A DNA stretch of 64,000 bases from Eledone cirrhosa (lineage: Eukaryota): positions 169,632,001-169,696,000 of the forward strand of contig OZ024742.1 in NCBI GenBank assembly GCA_964016885.1, given 5' to 3'. Below the pieces are notes generated by a model. That model had not been told where the DNA came from, made no database searches, and saw only the letters and a list, made by a program, of their open reading frames with translations. The first letter of the stretch is position 1. Every line of letters starts with the position of its first letter. A program made the position numbers and the translations under genes. Positions 15,001 through 30,000 of this stretch are shown piece after piece.

Positions 15001-18000
15001 CTACTCCAGTTGTTGTTACTACTGCTCCTGTTGTTGTTACTACTACTCCTGTTGTTGTTACTACTACTCCTGTTGTTGTTACTACTACTCCTGTTGTTGT
15101 TACTACTACTCCTGTTGTTGTTACTACTACTCCAGTTGTTGCTACTACTGCTCCTGTTGTTGTTACTACTACTCCTGTTGTTGTTACTACTACTCCAGTT
15201 GTTGTTACTACTACTCCTGTTGTTGTTACTACTACTCCTGTTGTTGTTGTTGTTGTTGTTACTACTGCTCCAGTTGCTGTTACTACTGCTCCTGTTGTTG
15301 TTACTACTGCTCCTGTTGTTGTTACTACTGCTCCAGTTGTTGTTACTACTGCTCCTGTTGTCGTTACTGCTGCTCCTGTTGTTGTTACTACTGCTCCTGT
15401 TATTGTTACTACTGCTCCTGTTGTTGTTCTTCTTACTACTGCTTCAGTTGTTGTTGCTACTGTTCCTGTTGTTGTTACTACTACTCCTGTTGTTGTTACT
15501 ACTACTCCAGTTGTTGTTACTACTACTCCTGTTGTTGTTACTACTACTCCTGTTGTTGTTACTACTACTCCTGTTGTTGTTACTACTGTTCCTGTTGTTG
15601 TTGTTGTTGTTACTACTACTCCTGTTGTTGTTACTACTGCTCCAGTTGTTGTTACTACTGCTCCTGTTGTTGTTACTACTGCTCGAGTTGTTGTTACTAC
15701 TACTCCTGTTGTTGTTACTACTACTCCTGTTGTTGTTACTACTGCTCCAGTTGTTGTTACTACTACTCCTGTTGTTGTTACTACTACTCCTGTTGTTGTT
15801 ACTACTACTCCTGTTGTTGTTACTACTACTCCTGTTGTTGCTACTACTGCTCCAGTTGTTGTTACTACTGCTCCAGTTGTTGTTACTACTACTCCTGTTG
15901 TTGTTACTACTACTCCTGTTGTTGTTACTACTACTCCTGTTGTTGTTACTACTACTCCTGTTGTTGCTACTACTGCTCCAGTTGTTGTTACTACTGCTCC
16001 AGTTGTTGTTACTACTGCTCCTGTTGTTGTTACTACTGCTCGAGTTGTTGTTACTACTACTCATGTTGTTGTTACTACTACTCCTGTTGTTGTTACTACT
16101 ACTCCTGTTGTTGTTACTACTACTCCTGTTGTTGCTACTACTGCTCCAGTTGTTGTTACTACTGCTCCAGTTGTTGTTACTACTGCTCCTGTTGTTGTTA
16201 CTACTGTTGTTGTTGTTGTTACTACTACTCCTGTTGTTGTTACTACTACTCCAGTTGTTGTTACTACTGCTCCTGTTGTTGTTACTACTACTCCAGTTGA
16301 TGTTACTAGTACTCCAGTTGTTGTTACTATTACTCCTTTTGTTGTTACTACTACTCCTGTTGTTGTTACTACTACTCCAGTTGTTGTTACTACTACTTCT
16401 GTTGTTGTTACTACTACACCAGTTGTTGCTAATACTACTCCTGTTGTTGTTACTACTGCTCCTGTTGTTACTACAACTCCTGTTGTTGTTACTACTACTC
16501 CTGTTGTTGTTACTACTATTCCTGTTGTTGTTGTTGTTGTTACTACTGCTCCAGTTGTTGTTACTACTGCTCCTGTTGTTGTTACTACTACTCCTGTTGT
16601 TGTTACTACTACTCCAGTTGTTGTTACTTCTGCTCCTGTTGTTGTTACTACTACTCCAGTTGTTGTTACTACTACTCCTGTTGTTGTTACTACTACTCCA
16701 GTTGTTGTTACTACTGCTCCTGTTGTTACTACTACTCCTGTTGTTGTTACTACTACTCCTCTTGTTGTTACTACTATACCTGTTGTTGTTACTACTACTC
16801 CTGTTGTTGTTACTACTACTCCAGTTGTTGTTACTACTGCTCCTGTTGTTGTTACTACTACTCCTGTTGTTGTTACTACTACTCCTGTTGTTGTTACTAC
16901 TACTCCTGTTGTTGTTACTACTACTCCAGTTGTTGTTACTACTGCCCCTGTTGTTGTTACTACTAATCCTGTTGTTGTTACTACTACTCCTGTTGTTGTT
17001 GTTGTTGTTACTAGTCCTCCTGTTGTTGTTACTACTCCTGTTGTTACTACTACTCCAGTTGTTGTTGTTGTTACTACTACTCCAGTTGTTGTTACTACTA
17101 CTCCTGTTGTTGTTACTACTACTCCTGTTGTTGTTACTACTACTCTAGTTGTTGTTACTACTACTCCTGTTGTTATTACTACTACTCCTGTTGTTGTTGT
17201 TGTTGTTACTACTCCTCCTGTTTTTGTTACTACTACTCCTGTTGTTGTTGTTGTTACTACTACTCCTGTTGTTGTTACTACTACTCCTGTTGTTATTACT
17301 ACTACTCCAGTTGTTGTTACTACTACTCCAGTTGTTGTTACTACTACTCCTGTTGTTGTTACTACTACTCCAGTTGTTGTTGTTACTACTACTCCTGTTG
17401 TTGTTACTACTACTCCAGTTGTTATTACTACTACTCCTGTTGCTGTTACTACTCCTCCAGTTGTTGTTACTACTACTCCTGTTGTTACTACTACTCCAGT
17501 TGTTGTTACTACTTCTCCAGTTGTTGTTACTACTACTCCTGTTGTTACTACTACTCCTGTTGTTGTTACTACTACTCCTGTTGTTGTTACTACTACTCCT
17601 GTTGTTGTTACTACTACTCCAGTTGTTGTTGTTGTTGTTACTTGTACTCCTGTTGTTGTTATTACTACTCCTGTTGTTGTTACTCCTACTCCTGTTGTTG
17701 TTGTTACTACTGCTCCTGTTGTTTTTACTACTACTCCAGTTGTTGTTGTTGTTATTACTACTGCTCCAGTTGTTGTTACTACTACTCCTGTTGTTGTTGT
17801 TACTACTACTCATGTTGTTGTTGTTACCAGTACTCCTGTTGTTGTTACTTCTACTCCAGTTGTTGTTACTACTACTCCAGTTGTTGTTACTACTACTCCA
17901 GTTGTTGTTACTACTACTCCTGTTGTTGTTACTACTACTCCAGTTGTTGTTACTACTACTCCTGTTGTTGTTACTACTACACTAGTTGTTGTTACTACTA

Positions 18001-21000
18001 CTCCTGTTGTTGTTGTTGTTGTTACTACTACTCCTGTTGTTGTTACTACTACTCCAGTTGTTGTTACTACTGCTCCTGTTGTTGTTACTACTACTCCAGT
18101 TGTTGTTGTTGTTGTTACTACTACTCCTGTTGTTGTTGTTGTTGTTGTTACTACTACTCCTGTTGTTGTTGTATTTGTTACTACTACTCCTGTTGTTGTT
18201 GTTACTACTACTCCAGTTGTTGTTACTACTGTTCCTGTTGTTGTTACTACTACAGTTGTTGTTACTACTGCTCCTGTTGTTGTTACTACTACTCCAGTTG
18301 TTGTTGTTGTTACTACTACTCCTGTTGTTGTTACTACTTCTCCAGTTCTTGTTACTACTGCTCCAGTTGTTGTTACTACTACTCCAGTTGTTGTTGTTGT
18401 TGGTTCTACTACTCCTGTTGTAGTTGTTGTTGTTGTTACTTCTACTCCTGTTGTTGTTGTATTTTTTACTACTACTCCTGTTGTTGTTACTACTACTCCA
18501 GTTGTTGTTACTACTGTTCCTGTTGTTGTTACTACTACTCCTGTTGTTGTTACTACTACTCCTGTTGTTGTTACTACTGCTCCTGTTTTTGTTACTACTA
18601 CTCCTGTTGTTGTTACTATTACTCCAGTTGTTGTTACTACTGCTCCTGTTGTTGTTACTACTACTCCTGTTGTTGTTACTACTACTCCTGTTGTTGTTAC
18701 TACTACTCCTGTAGTTGTTGTTACTACTGCTCCTGTTGTTGTTACTACTACACCTGTTGTTTTTGTTATTATTACTACTACTCCTGTTGTTGTTACTACT
18801 ACTCCAGTTGTTGTTATTACTACTCCAGTTGTTGTTACTACTGTTCCTGTTGTTGTTACTACTAATCCAGTTGTTGTTGTTGTTATTACTACTACTCCTG
18901 TTGTTGTTACTACTACTCCAGTTGTTGTTACTACTGCTCCTGTTGTTGTTACTACTACTCCAGTTGTTGTTACTACTACTCCAGTTGTTGTTACTACTAC
19001 TCCTGTTGTTCTTACTACTACTCCAGTTGTTGTTACTACTGCTCCTGTTGTTGTTACTACTACTCCAGTTGTTGTTACTACTACTCCTGTTGTTGTTACT
19101 ACTACTCCTGTTGTTGTTACTACTACTCCTGTTGATGTTACTACTACTCCTGTTGTTGTTGTTGTTGTTACTACTACTCCAGTTGTTGTTACTACTACCC
19201 CTGTTGTTGTTACTACTTCTCCAGTTGTTGTTGTTGTTGTTACTACTGCTCCAGTTGTTGTTACTACTGCTCCTGTTGTTGTTACTACTACTCCTGTTGT
19301 TGTTACTACTACTCCAGTTGTTGTTACTACTACTCCTGTTGTTGTTACTACTACTCCTGTTGTTGTTACTACTACTCCAGTTGTTGTTGCTACTACTCCA
19401 GTTGTTGATACTACTACTCCAGTTATTGTTACTACTACTCCTGTTGTTGTTACTACTACTCCAGTTGTTGTTACTACTACTCCTGTTGTTGTTACTCCTG
19501 CTCCTGTTGTTGTTACTACTGCTCCAGTTGTTGTTACTACTGCTCCTGTTGTTGTTACTACTACCTGTTGTTGTTACTACTACTCCAGTTGTTGTTACTA
19601 CTACTCCAGTTGTTGTTACTACTACTCCTGTTGTTGTTGTTCTTGTTACTACTACTCCTGTTGTTGTTACTACTACTCCTGTTGTTGTTACTACTACTCC
19701 TGTTGTTGTTACTACTACTCCTGTTGTTGTTACTACTACTCCAGTTGTTGTTACTACTGCTCCTGTTGTTGTTACTACTACTCCTGTTGTTGTTACTACT
19801 ACTCCTGTTGTTGTTGTTGTTGTTACTACTACTTCTGTTTTTGTTACTACTGCTCCTGTTGTTGTTACTACTGCTCCAGTTGTTGTTACTACTGCTCCAG
19901 TTGTTGTTACTACTACTCCTGTTGTTGTTACTACCGCTCCAGCTGTTGTTACTACTGCTCCAGTTGTTGTAACTACTACTCCAGTTGTTGTTACTACTAC
20001 TCCTGTTGTTGTTACTACTACTCTAGTTGTTGTTACTACTACTCCTGTTGTTGTTACTACTACTCCTGTTGTTGTTACTACTACTCCTGTTGTTGTTACT
20101 ACTACTCCTGTTGTTACTACTACTCCTGTTGTTGTTACTACTACTCCTGTTGTTACTACTACTCCTGTTGTTGTTACTAATACTCCTGTTGTTGTTACTA
20201 CTACTCCTGTTGTTGTTACTACTACTCCTGTTGTTGTTACTACTGCTCCAGTTGTCGTTACTACTACTCCTGTTGTTGTTACTACTACTACTCTTGTTGT
20301 TGTTGTTGTTACTACTACTCCTGTTGTTGTTACTTCTACTCCTGTTGTTGTTACTACTACTCCTGTTGTTGTTACCACTACTCCAGTCGTTGTTGTTACT
20401 ACTCCTGTTGTTGTTACTACTACTCCTGTTGTTGTTACTACTACTCCAGTTGTTGTTGTTGTTACTAGTACTCCTGTTGTTGTTACTACTACTCCTGTTG
20501 TTGTTACTACTACTCCTGTTGTTGTTACTACTACTCCTGTTGTTGTTACTACTACTCCAGTTGTTGTTACTACTGCTCCTGTTGTTACTACTACTCCAGT
20601 TGTTGTTACTACTACTCCAGTTGTTGTTACTACTACTCCTGTTGTTGTTACTACTACTCCTGTTGTTGTTACTACTACTCCAGTTGTTGTTACTACAACT
20701 CCTGTTGTTGTTACTACTACTCCAGTTGATGTTACTACTACTCCTGTTGTTGTTACTACTACACCAGTTGTTGTTAATACTACTCCTGTTGTTGTTACTA
20801 CTACTCCAGTTGTTGTTACTACTGCTCCTGTTGTTGTTACTACTACTCCAGTTGTTGTTACTACTACTCCTGTTGTTGTTACTACTACTCCAGTTGTTGT
20901 TACTACTGCTCCTGTTGTTGTTACTACTACTCCTGTTGTTGTTACTACTACTCCTGTTGTTGTTACTACTACTCCTGTTGTTGTTACTACTACTCCTGTT

Positions 21001-24000
21001 GTTGTTACTACTACTCCAGTTGTTGTTACTACTGCTCCTGTTGTTGTTACTACTACTCCTGTTGTTGTTACTACTACTCCAGTTGTTGTTACTACTACTC
21101 CTGTTGTTGTTACTACTACTCCTGTTGTTGTTGTTGTTGTTGTTACTACTGCTCCAGTTGTTGTTACTACTGCTCCTGTTGTTGTTACTACTGCTCCTGT
21201 TGTTGTTACTACTGCTCCAGTTGTTGTTACTACTGCTCCTGTTGTTGTTACTGCTGCTCCTGTTGTTGTTACTGCTGCTCCTGTTATTGTTACTACCGCT
21301 CCTGTTGTTGTTGTTCTTACTACTGCTCCAGTTGTTGTTGCTACTGTTCCTGTTGTTGTTACTACTACTCCTGTTGTTGTTACTACTACTCCAGTTGTTG
21401 TTACTACTACTCCTGTTGTTGTTACTACTACTCCTGTTGTTGGTACTACTACTCCTGTTGTTGTTACTACTGTTCCTGTTGTTGTTGTTGTTGTTACTAC
21501 TACTCCTGTTGTTGTTACTACTGCTCCAGTTGTTGTTACTACTGCTCCTGTTGTTGTTACTACTGCTCGAGTTGTTGTTACTACTACTCCTGTTGTTGTT
21601 ACTACTACTCCTGTTGTTGTTACTACTGCTCCAGTTGTTGTTACTACTACTCCTGTTGTTGTTACTACTACTCCTGTTGTTGTTACTACTACTCCTGTTG
21701 TTGTTACTACTACTCCTGTTGTTGCTACTACTGCTCCAGTTGTTGTTACTACTACTCCTGTTGTTGTTACTACTACTCCTGTTGTTGTTACTACTACTCC
21801 TGTTGTTGTTACTACTACTCCTGTTGTTGCTACTACTGCTCCAGTTGTTGTTACTACTGCTCCAGTTGTTGTTACTACTGCTCCTGTTGTTGTTACTACT
21901 GCTCGAGTTGTTGTTACTACTACTCATGTTGTTGTTACTACTACTCCTGTTGTTGTTACTACTACTCCTGTTGTTGTTACTACTACTCCTGTTGTTGCTA
22001 CTACTGCTCCAGTTGTTGTTACTACTGCTCCAGTTGTTGTTACTACTGCTCCTGTTGTTGTTACTACTGTTCGAGTTGTTGTTACTACTACTCCTGTTGT
22101 TGTTACTACTACTCCTGTTGTTGTTACTACTGCTCCAGTTGTTGTTACTACTGCTCCTGTTGTTGTTACTACTGCTCGAGTTGTTGTTACTACTACTCCT
22201 GTTGTTGTTACTACTACTCCTGTTGTTGTTACTTCTACTCCTGTTGTCGTTACTACTACTCCTGTTGTTGTTACTACTGCTCCAGTTGTTGTTACTGCTG
22301 CTCCAGTTGTTGTTACTACTACTCCAGTTGTTGTTACTACTACTCCTGTTGTTGTTACTACTACTCCTGTTGTTGTTACTACTACTCCTGTTGTTGTTGT
22401 TGTTGTTACTACTACTCCAGTTGTTGTTACTACTGCTCCTGTTGTTGTTGTTGTTGTTGTTACTACTGCTCCTGTTGTTGTTACTACTGCTCCATTTGTT
22501 GTTACTACTGCTCCAGTTGTTGTTACTACTACTCCTGTTGTTGTTACTACTGCTCCTGTTGTTGTTGTTGTTGTTGTTGTTGTTACTACTGCTCCTGTTG
22601 TTGTTACTACTGCTCCTGTTGTTGTTACTACTACTCCTGTTGTTGTTACTATTGCTCCTGTTGTTGTTGTTATTGTTACTACTACTCCTGTTGTCGTTAC
22701 TACTACTCCTGTTGTTGTTACTACTACTCCAGTTGTTGTTACTACTACTCCTGTTGTTGTTACTACTGCTCCAGTTGTTGTTACTACTACTCCAGTTGTT
22801 GTTACTACTACTCCTGTTGTTGTTACTACTACTCCAGTTGTTGTTACTACTCATCCTGTTGTTGTTACTACTGCTACATTTGTTGTTACTACTACTCCTG
22901 TCGTTGTTACTTCTGCTCCTGTTGTTGTTGTTGTTGTTGTTGTTACTACTGCTCCTGTTGTTGTTACTACTACTCCAGTTGTTGTTACTACTCATCCTGT
23001 TGTTGTTACTACTGCTCCAGTTGTTGTTACTACTACTCCTGTTGTTGTTACTACTGCTCCTGTTGTTGTTTTTGTTGTTGTTGTTACTACTGCTCCTGTT
23101 GTTGTTACTACTACGCCAGTTGTTGTTGTTGTTACTACTACTCCTGTTGTTGTTACTACTGCTCCAGTTGTTGTTACTACTACTCCTGTTGTTGTTACTA
23201 CTACTCCTGTTGTTACTACTGCTCCAGTTGTTGTTACTACTACTCCTGTTGTTGTTACTACTACTCCTGTTGTTTTTACTACTGCTCCTGTTGTTGTTGT
23301 TGTTTTTACTACTGCTCCAGTTGTTGTTACTATTGCTCCTGTTGTTGTTACTACTACTCCTGTGGTTGTTGTTACTACTACTCCTGTTGTTGTTACTACT
23401 GCTCCTGTTGTTGTTGTTACTACTACTCCTGTTGTTGTTACTACTACTCCTGTTGTTGTTACTACTGCTCCTGTTGTTGTTACTACTACTCCTGTTGTTG
23501 TTACTACTGCTCCTGTTGTTGTTGTTACTATTACTCCTGTTGTTGTTACTACTGCTCCAGTTGTTGTTACTACTACTCCTGTTGTTGTTACTACTACTCC
23601 TGTTGTTACTACTGCTCCAGTTGTTGTTACTACTACTCCTGTTGTTGTTACTACTACTCCTGTTGTTGTTACTACTGCTCCTGTTGTTGTTGTTGTTACT
23701 ACTGCTCCAGTTGTTGTTACTATTGCTCCTGTTGTTGTTACTACTGCTCCTGTTGTTGTTGTTACTACTACTCCTGTTGTTGTTACTACTACTCCTGTTG
23801 TTGTTACTACTGCTCCTGTTGTTGTTACTACTACTCCTGTTGTTGTTACTACTACTCCTGTTGTTGTTGTTACTACTACTCCTGTTGTTGTTACTACTGC
23901 TCCTGTTGTTGTTGTTGTTGTTGTTACTACTACTCCTGTTGTTGTTACTACTGCTCCTGTTATTGTTACTACTGCTCCAGTTGTTGTTACTACTACTCCA

Positions 24001-27000
24001 GTTGTTGTTACTACTGCTTCTGTTGTTGTTAGTACTACTCCAGTTGTTGTTGCTACTACTCCTGTTGTTGTTACTACTACTCCAGTTGTTGTTACTACTA
24101 CTCCTGTTGTTGTTACTACTGCTCCAGTTGTTGTTACTACTGCTCCTGTTGTTGTTACTACTGTTCGAGTTGTTGTTACTACTACTCCTGTTGTTGTTAC
24201 TACTACTCCTGTTGTTGTTACTACTGCTCCAGTTGTTGTTACTACTGCTCCTGTTGTTGTTACTACTGCTCCTGTTGTTGTTACTACTGCTCCAGTTGTT
24301 GTTACTACTGCTCGAGTATTTGTTACTACTACTCCTGTTGTTGTTACTACTACTCCTGTTGCTGTTACTACTACTCCTGTTGTTGTTACTACTACTCCTG
24401 TTGTTGTTACTACTGCTCCAGTTGTTGTTGTTACTACTGCTCCAGTTGTTGTTACTACTACTCCTGTTGTTTTTACTACTACTCCTGTTGTTGTTACTAC
24501 TGCTCGAGTATTTGTTACTACTACTCCTGTTGTTGTTACTACTACTCCTGTTGTTGTTACTACTACTCCTGTTGTTGTTGTTGTTGTTACTACTACTCCA
24601 GTTGTTGTTACTACTGCTCCTGTTGTTGTTGTTGTTGTTGTTACTACTGCTCCTGTTGTTGTTACTACTGCTCCATTTGTTGTTACTACTGCTCCAGTTG
24701 TTACTACTACTCCTGTTGTTGTTACTACTGCTCCTGTTGTTGTTGTTGTTGTTGTTGTTACTACTGCTCCTGTTGTTGTTACTACTACTCCTGTTGTTGT
24801 TACTATTACTCCTGTTGTTGTTACTACTGCTCCTGTTGTTGTTGTTATTGTTACTACTACTCCTGTTGTCGTTACTACTACTCCTGTTGTTGTTACTACT
24901 ACTCCAGTTGTTGTTACTACTACTCCTGTTGTTGTTACTACTGCTCCAGTTGTTGTTACTACTACTCCAGTTGTTGTTACTACTACTCCTGTTGTTGTTA
25001 CTACTACTCCAGTTGTTGTTACTACTCATCCTGTTGTTGTTACTACTGCTACATTTGTTGTTACTACTACTCCTGTCGTTGTTACTACTGCTCCTGTTGT
25101 TGTTGTTGTTGTTACTACTGCTCCTGTTGTTGTTACTACTACTCCAGTTGTTGTTACTACTCATCTTGTTGTTGTTACTACTGCTCCAGTAGTTGTTACT
25201 ACTACTCCTGTTGTTGTTACTACTGCTCCTGTTGTTGTTGTTGTTGTTGTTGTTGTTACTACTGCTCCAGTTGTTGTTACTACTACTCCTGTTGTTGTTA
25301 CTACTACTCCTGTTGTTACTACTGCTCCAGTTGTTGTTACTACTACTCCTGTTGTTGTTACTACTACTCCTGTTGTTTTTACTACTGCTCCTGTTGTTGT
25401 TGTTGTTTTTACTATTGCTCCAGTTGCTGTTACTACTGCTCCTGTTGTTGTTACTACTACTCCTTTTGTTGTTACTACTGCTCCTGTTGTTGTTACTACT
25501 ACTCCTGTTGTTGTTGTTACTACTACTCCTGTTGTTGTTACTACTGCTCCTGTTGTTGTTGTTACTACTGCTCCAGTTGTTGTTACTATTGCTCCTGTTG
25601 TTGTTACTACTACTCCTGTGGTTGTTGTTACTACTACTCCTGTTGTTGTTACTACTGCTCCTGTTGTTGTTGTTACTACTACTCCTGTTGTTGTTACTAC
25701 TACTCCTGTTGTTGTTACTACTGCTCCTGTTGTTGTTACTACTACTCCTGTTGTTGTTACTACTACTCCTGTTGTTGTTGTTACTACTACTACTGTTGTT
25801 GTTACTACTGCTCCTGTTGTTGTTGTTGTTGTTGTTACTACTGCTCCAGTTGTTGTTACTACTGCTCCTGTTATTGTTACTACTGCTCCAGTTGTTGTTA
25901 CTACTACTCCAGTTGTTGTTACTACTGCTCCTGTTGTTGTTAGTACTACTCCAGTTGTTGTTGCTACTACTCCTGTTGTTGTTACTACTACTCCAGTTGT
26001 TGTTACTACTACTCCTGTTGTTGTTACTACTACTCCAGTTGTTGTTACTACTGCTCCTGTTGTTGTTACTACTACTCCAGTTGTTGTTACTACTACTCCT
26101 GTTGTTGTTACTACTGCTCCTGTTGTTGTTACTACTACTCCCGTTGTTGTTGTTCTTACTACTGCTCCAGTTGTTGTTGCTACTGTTCCTGTTGTTGTTA
26201 CTACTACTCCTGTTGTTGTTACTACTACTCCTGTTGTTGTTACTACTACTCCTGTTGTTGTTACTACTGTTACTGTTGTTGTTGTTGTTGTTGTTACTAC
26301 TGCTCCAGTTGTTGTTACTACTGCTCCTGTTGTTGTTACTACTGCTCGAGTTGTTGTTACTACTACTCCTGTTGTTGTTACTACTACTCCTGTTGTTGTT
26401 ACTACTGCTCCAGTTGTTGTTACTACTACTCCTGTTGTTGTTACTACTACTCCTGTTGTTGTTACTACTACTCCTGTTGTTGTTACTACTACTCCTGTTG
26501 TTGCTACTACTGCTCCAGTTGTTGTTACTACTGCTCCAGTTGTTGTTACTACTACTCCTGTTGTTGTTACTACTACTCCTGTTGTTGTTACTACTACTCC
26601 TGTTGTTGTTACTACTACTCCTGTTGTTGCTACTACTGCTCCAGTTGTTGTTACTACTGCTCCAGTTGTTGTTACTACTGCTCCTGTTGTTGTTACTACT
26701 GCTCGAGTTGTTGTTACTACTACTCCTGTTGTTGTTACTACTACTCCTGTTGTTGTTACTACTACTCCTGTTGTTGTTACTACTACTCCTGTTGTTGTTA
26801 CTACTACTCCTGTTGTTGCTACTACTGCTCCAGTTGTTGTTACTACTGCTCCAGTTGTTGTTACTACTGCTCCTGTTGTTGTTACTACTGTTCGAGTTGT
26901 TGTTACTACTACTCCTGTTGTTGTTACTACTACTCCTGTTGTTGTTACTACTGCTCCAGTTGTTGTTACTACTGCTCCTGTTGTTGTTACTACTGCTCGA

Positions 27001-30000
27001 GTTGTTGTTACTACTACTCCTGTTGTTGTTGCTACTACTCCTGTTGCTGTTACTACTACTCCTGTTGTTGTTACTACTACTCCTGTTGTTGTTACTACTG
27101 CTCCAGTTGTTGTTACTACTGCTCCAGTTGTTGTTACTACTGCTCGAGTTGTTGTTACTACTACTCCTGTTGTTGTTACTACTACTCCTGTTGTTGTTAC
27201 TACTACTCCTGTTGTTGTTGTTGTTGTTACTACTACTCCAGTTGTTGTTACTGCTGCTCCTGTTGTTGTTGTTGTTGTTGTTACTATTGCTCCTGTTGTC
27301 GTTACTACTGCTCCATTTGTTGTTACTACTGCTCCAGTTGTTGTTACTACTACTCCTGTTGTTGTTACTACTGCTCCTGTTGTTGTTGTTGTTGTTGTTG
27401 TTACTACTGCTCCTGTTGTTGTTACTACTGCTCCTGTTGTTGTTACTACTGCTCCAGTTGTTGTTACTACTACTCCAGTTGTTGTTACTACTACTCCTGT
27501 TGTTGTTACTACTACTCCTGTTGTTGTTACTACTGCTCCTGTTGTTGTTGTTGTTGTTGTTGTTACTACTGCTCCTGTTGTTGTTACTACTACTCCAGTT
27601 GTTGTTGTTGTTACTACTACTCCTGTTGTTGTTACTACTGCTCCAGTTGACCTTACTACTACTCCTGTTGTTGTTACTACTACTCCTGTTGTTACTACTG
27701 CTCCAGTTGTTGTTACTACTACTCCTGTTGTTTTTACTACTGCTCCTGTTGTTGTTGTTGTTTTTACTACTGCTCCAGTTGTTGTTACTACTGCTCCTGT
27801 TGTTGTTACTACTACTCCTTTTGTTGTTACTACTGCTCCTGTTGTTGTTACTACTACTCCTGTTGTTACTACTGCTCCAGCTGTTGTTACTACTGCTCCT
27901 GTTGTTGTTACTACTGCTCCTGTTGTTGTTACTACTGCTCCAGTTGTTGTTACTACTACTCCTGTTGTTGTTACTACTGCTCCAGTTGTCGTTACTACTA
28001 CTCCTGTTGTTGTTACTACTACTCCTATTGTTACTACTACTCCTGTTGTTGTTACTACTACTGCTGTTGTTTTTACTACTGCTCCTGTTGTTGTTGTTGT
28101 TTTTACTACTGCTCCAGTTGTTGTTACTACTGCTCCTGTTGTTGTTACTACTACTCCTTTTGTTGTTACTACTGCTCCTGTTGTTGTTACTACTACTCCT
28201 GTTGTTGTTACTACTACTCCAGTTGTTGTTACTACTGCTCCTGTTGTTGTTACTACTACTCCTGTGGTTGTTGTTACTACTACTCCTCTGGTTGTTACTA
28301 CTGCTCCTGTTGTTGTTGTTACTACTACTCCTGTTGTTGTTACTATTACTCCTGTTGTTGTTACTACTGCTCCTGTTGTTGTTACTACTACTCCTGTTGT
28401 TGTTACTACTACTCCTGTTGTTGTTGTTACTACTACTCCTGTTGTTGTTACTACTGCTCCTGTAGTTGTTGTTGTTGTTGTTACTACTGCTCCAGTTGTT
28501 GTTACTACTGCTCCTGTTATTGTTACTACTGCTCCAGTTGTTGTTACTACTACTCCAGTTGTTGTTACTACTGCTCCTGTTGTTGTTGTTGTTGTTGTTG
28601 TTACTACTGCTCCTGTTGTTGTTACTACTACTCCAGTTGTTGTTGTTGTTACTACTACTCCTGTTGTTGTTACTACTGCTCCAGTTGTCCTTACTACTAC
28701 TCCTGTTGTTGTTACTACTACTCCTGTTGTTACTACTGCTCCTGTTGTTTTTACTACTGCTCCTGTTGTTGTTGTTGTTTTTACTACTGCTCCAGTTGTT
28801 GTTACTACTGCTCCTGTTGTTGTTACTACTACTCCTTTTGTTGTTACTACTACTCCTGTTGTTGTTACTACTACTCCTGTTGTTACTACTGCTCCAGCTG
28901 TTGTTACTACTGCTCCTGTTGTTGTTACTACTGCTCCTGTTGTTGTTACTACTGCTCCAGTTGTTGTTACTACTACTCCTGTTGTTGTTACTACTGCTCC
29001 AGTTGTCGTTACTACTACTCCTGTTGTTGTTACTACTACTCCTATTGTTACTACTACTCCTGTTGTTGTTACTACTACTGCTGTTGTTTTTACTACTGCT
29101 CCTGTTGTTGTTGTTGTTTTTACTACTGCTCCAGTTGTTGTTACTACTGCTCCTGTTGTTGTTACTACTACTCCTTTTGTTGTTACTACTGCTCCTGTTG
29201 TTGTTACTACTACTCCTGTTGTTGTTACTACTACTCCAGTTGTTGTTACTACTGCTCCTGTTGTTGTTACTACTACTCCTGTGGTTGTTGTTACTACTAC
29301 TCCTCTGGTTGTTACTACTGCTCCTGTTGTTGTTGTTACTACTACTCCTGTTGTTGTTACTATTACTCCTGTTGTTGTTACTACTGCTCCTGTTGTTGTT
29401 ACTACTACTCCTGTTGTTGTTACTACTACTCCTGTTGTTGTTGTTACTACTACTCCTGTTGTTGTTACTACTGCTCCTGTTGTTGTTGTTGTTGTTGTTA
29501 CTACTGCTCCAGTTGTTGTTACTACTGCTCCTGTTATTGTTACTACTGCTCCAGTTGTTGTTACTACTACTCCAGTTGTTGTTACTACTGCTCCTGTTGT
29601 TGTTAGTACTACTCCAGTTGTTGTTGCTACTACTCCTGTTGTTGTTACTACTCCAGTTGTTGTTACTACTACTCCTGTTGTTGTTACTACTACTCCAGTT
29701 GTTGTTACTACTGCTCCTGTTGTTGTTAATACTACTCCAGTTGTTGTTACTACTACTCCTGTTGTTGTTACTACTGCTCCTGTTGTTGTTACTACTACTC
29801 CTGTTGTGGTTACTACTACTCCTGTTGTTGTTACTACTACTCCTGTTGTTGTTACTACTACACCTGTTGTTGTTACTACTACTCCTGTTGTTGTTACTAT
29901 TACTCCTGTTGTTGTTGTTCTTACTACTGCTCCAGTTGTTGTTACTATTGCTCCTGTTGTTGTTACTACTACTCCTGTTGTTGTTACTACTACTCCTGTT

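Noticed and set aside
17642-18865. Cys/Tyr-rich ORF resembling a metallothionein or keratin-associated protein
   Set aside because: Third + frame of the same repeat, frequently stopped elsewhere; no independent support.
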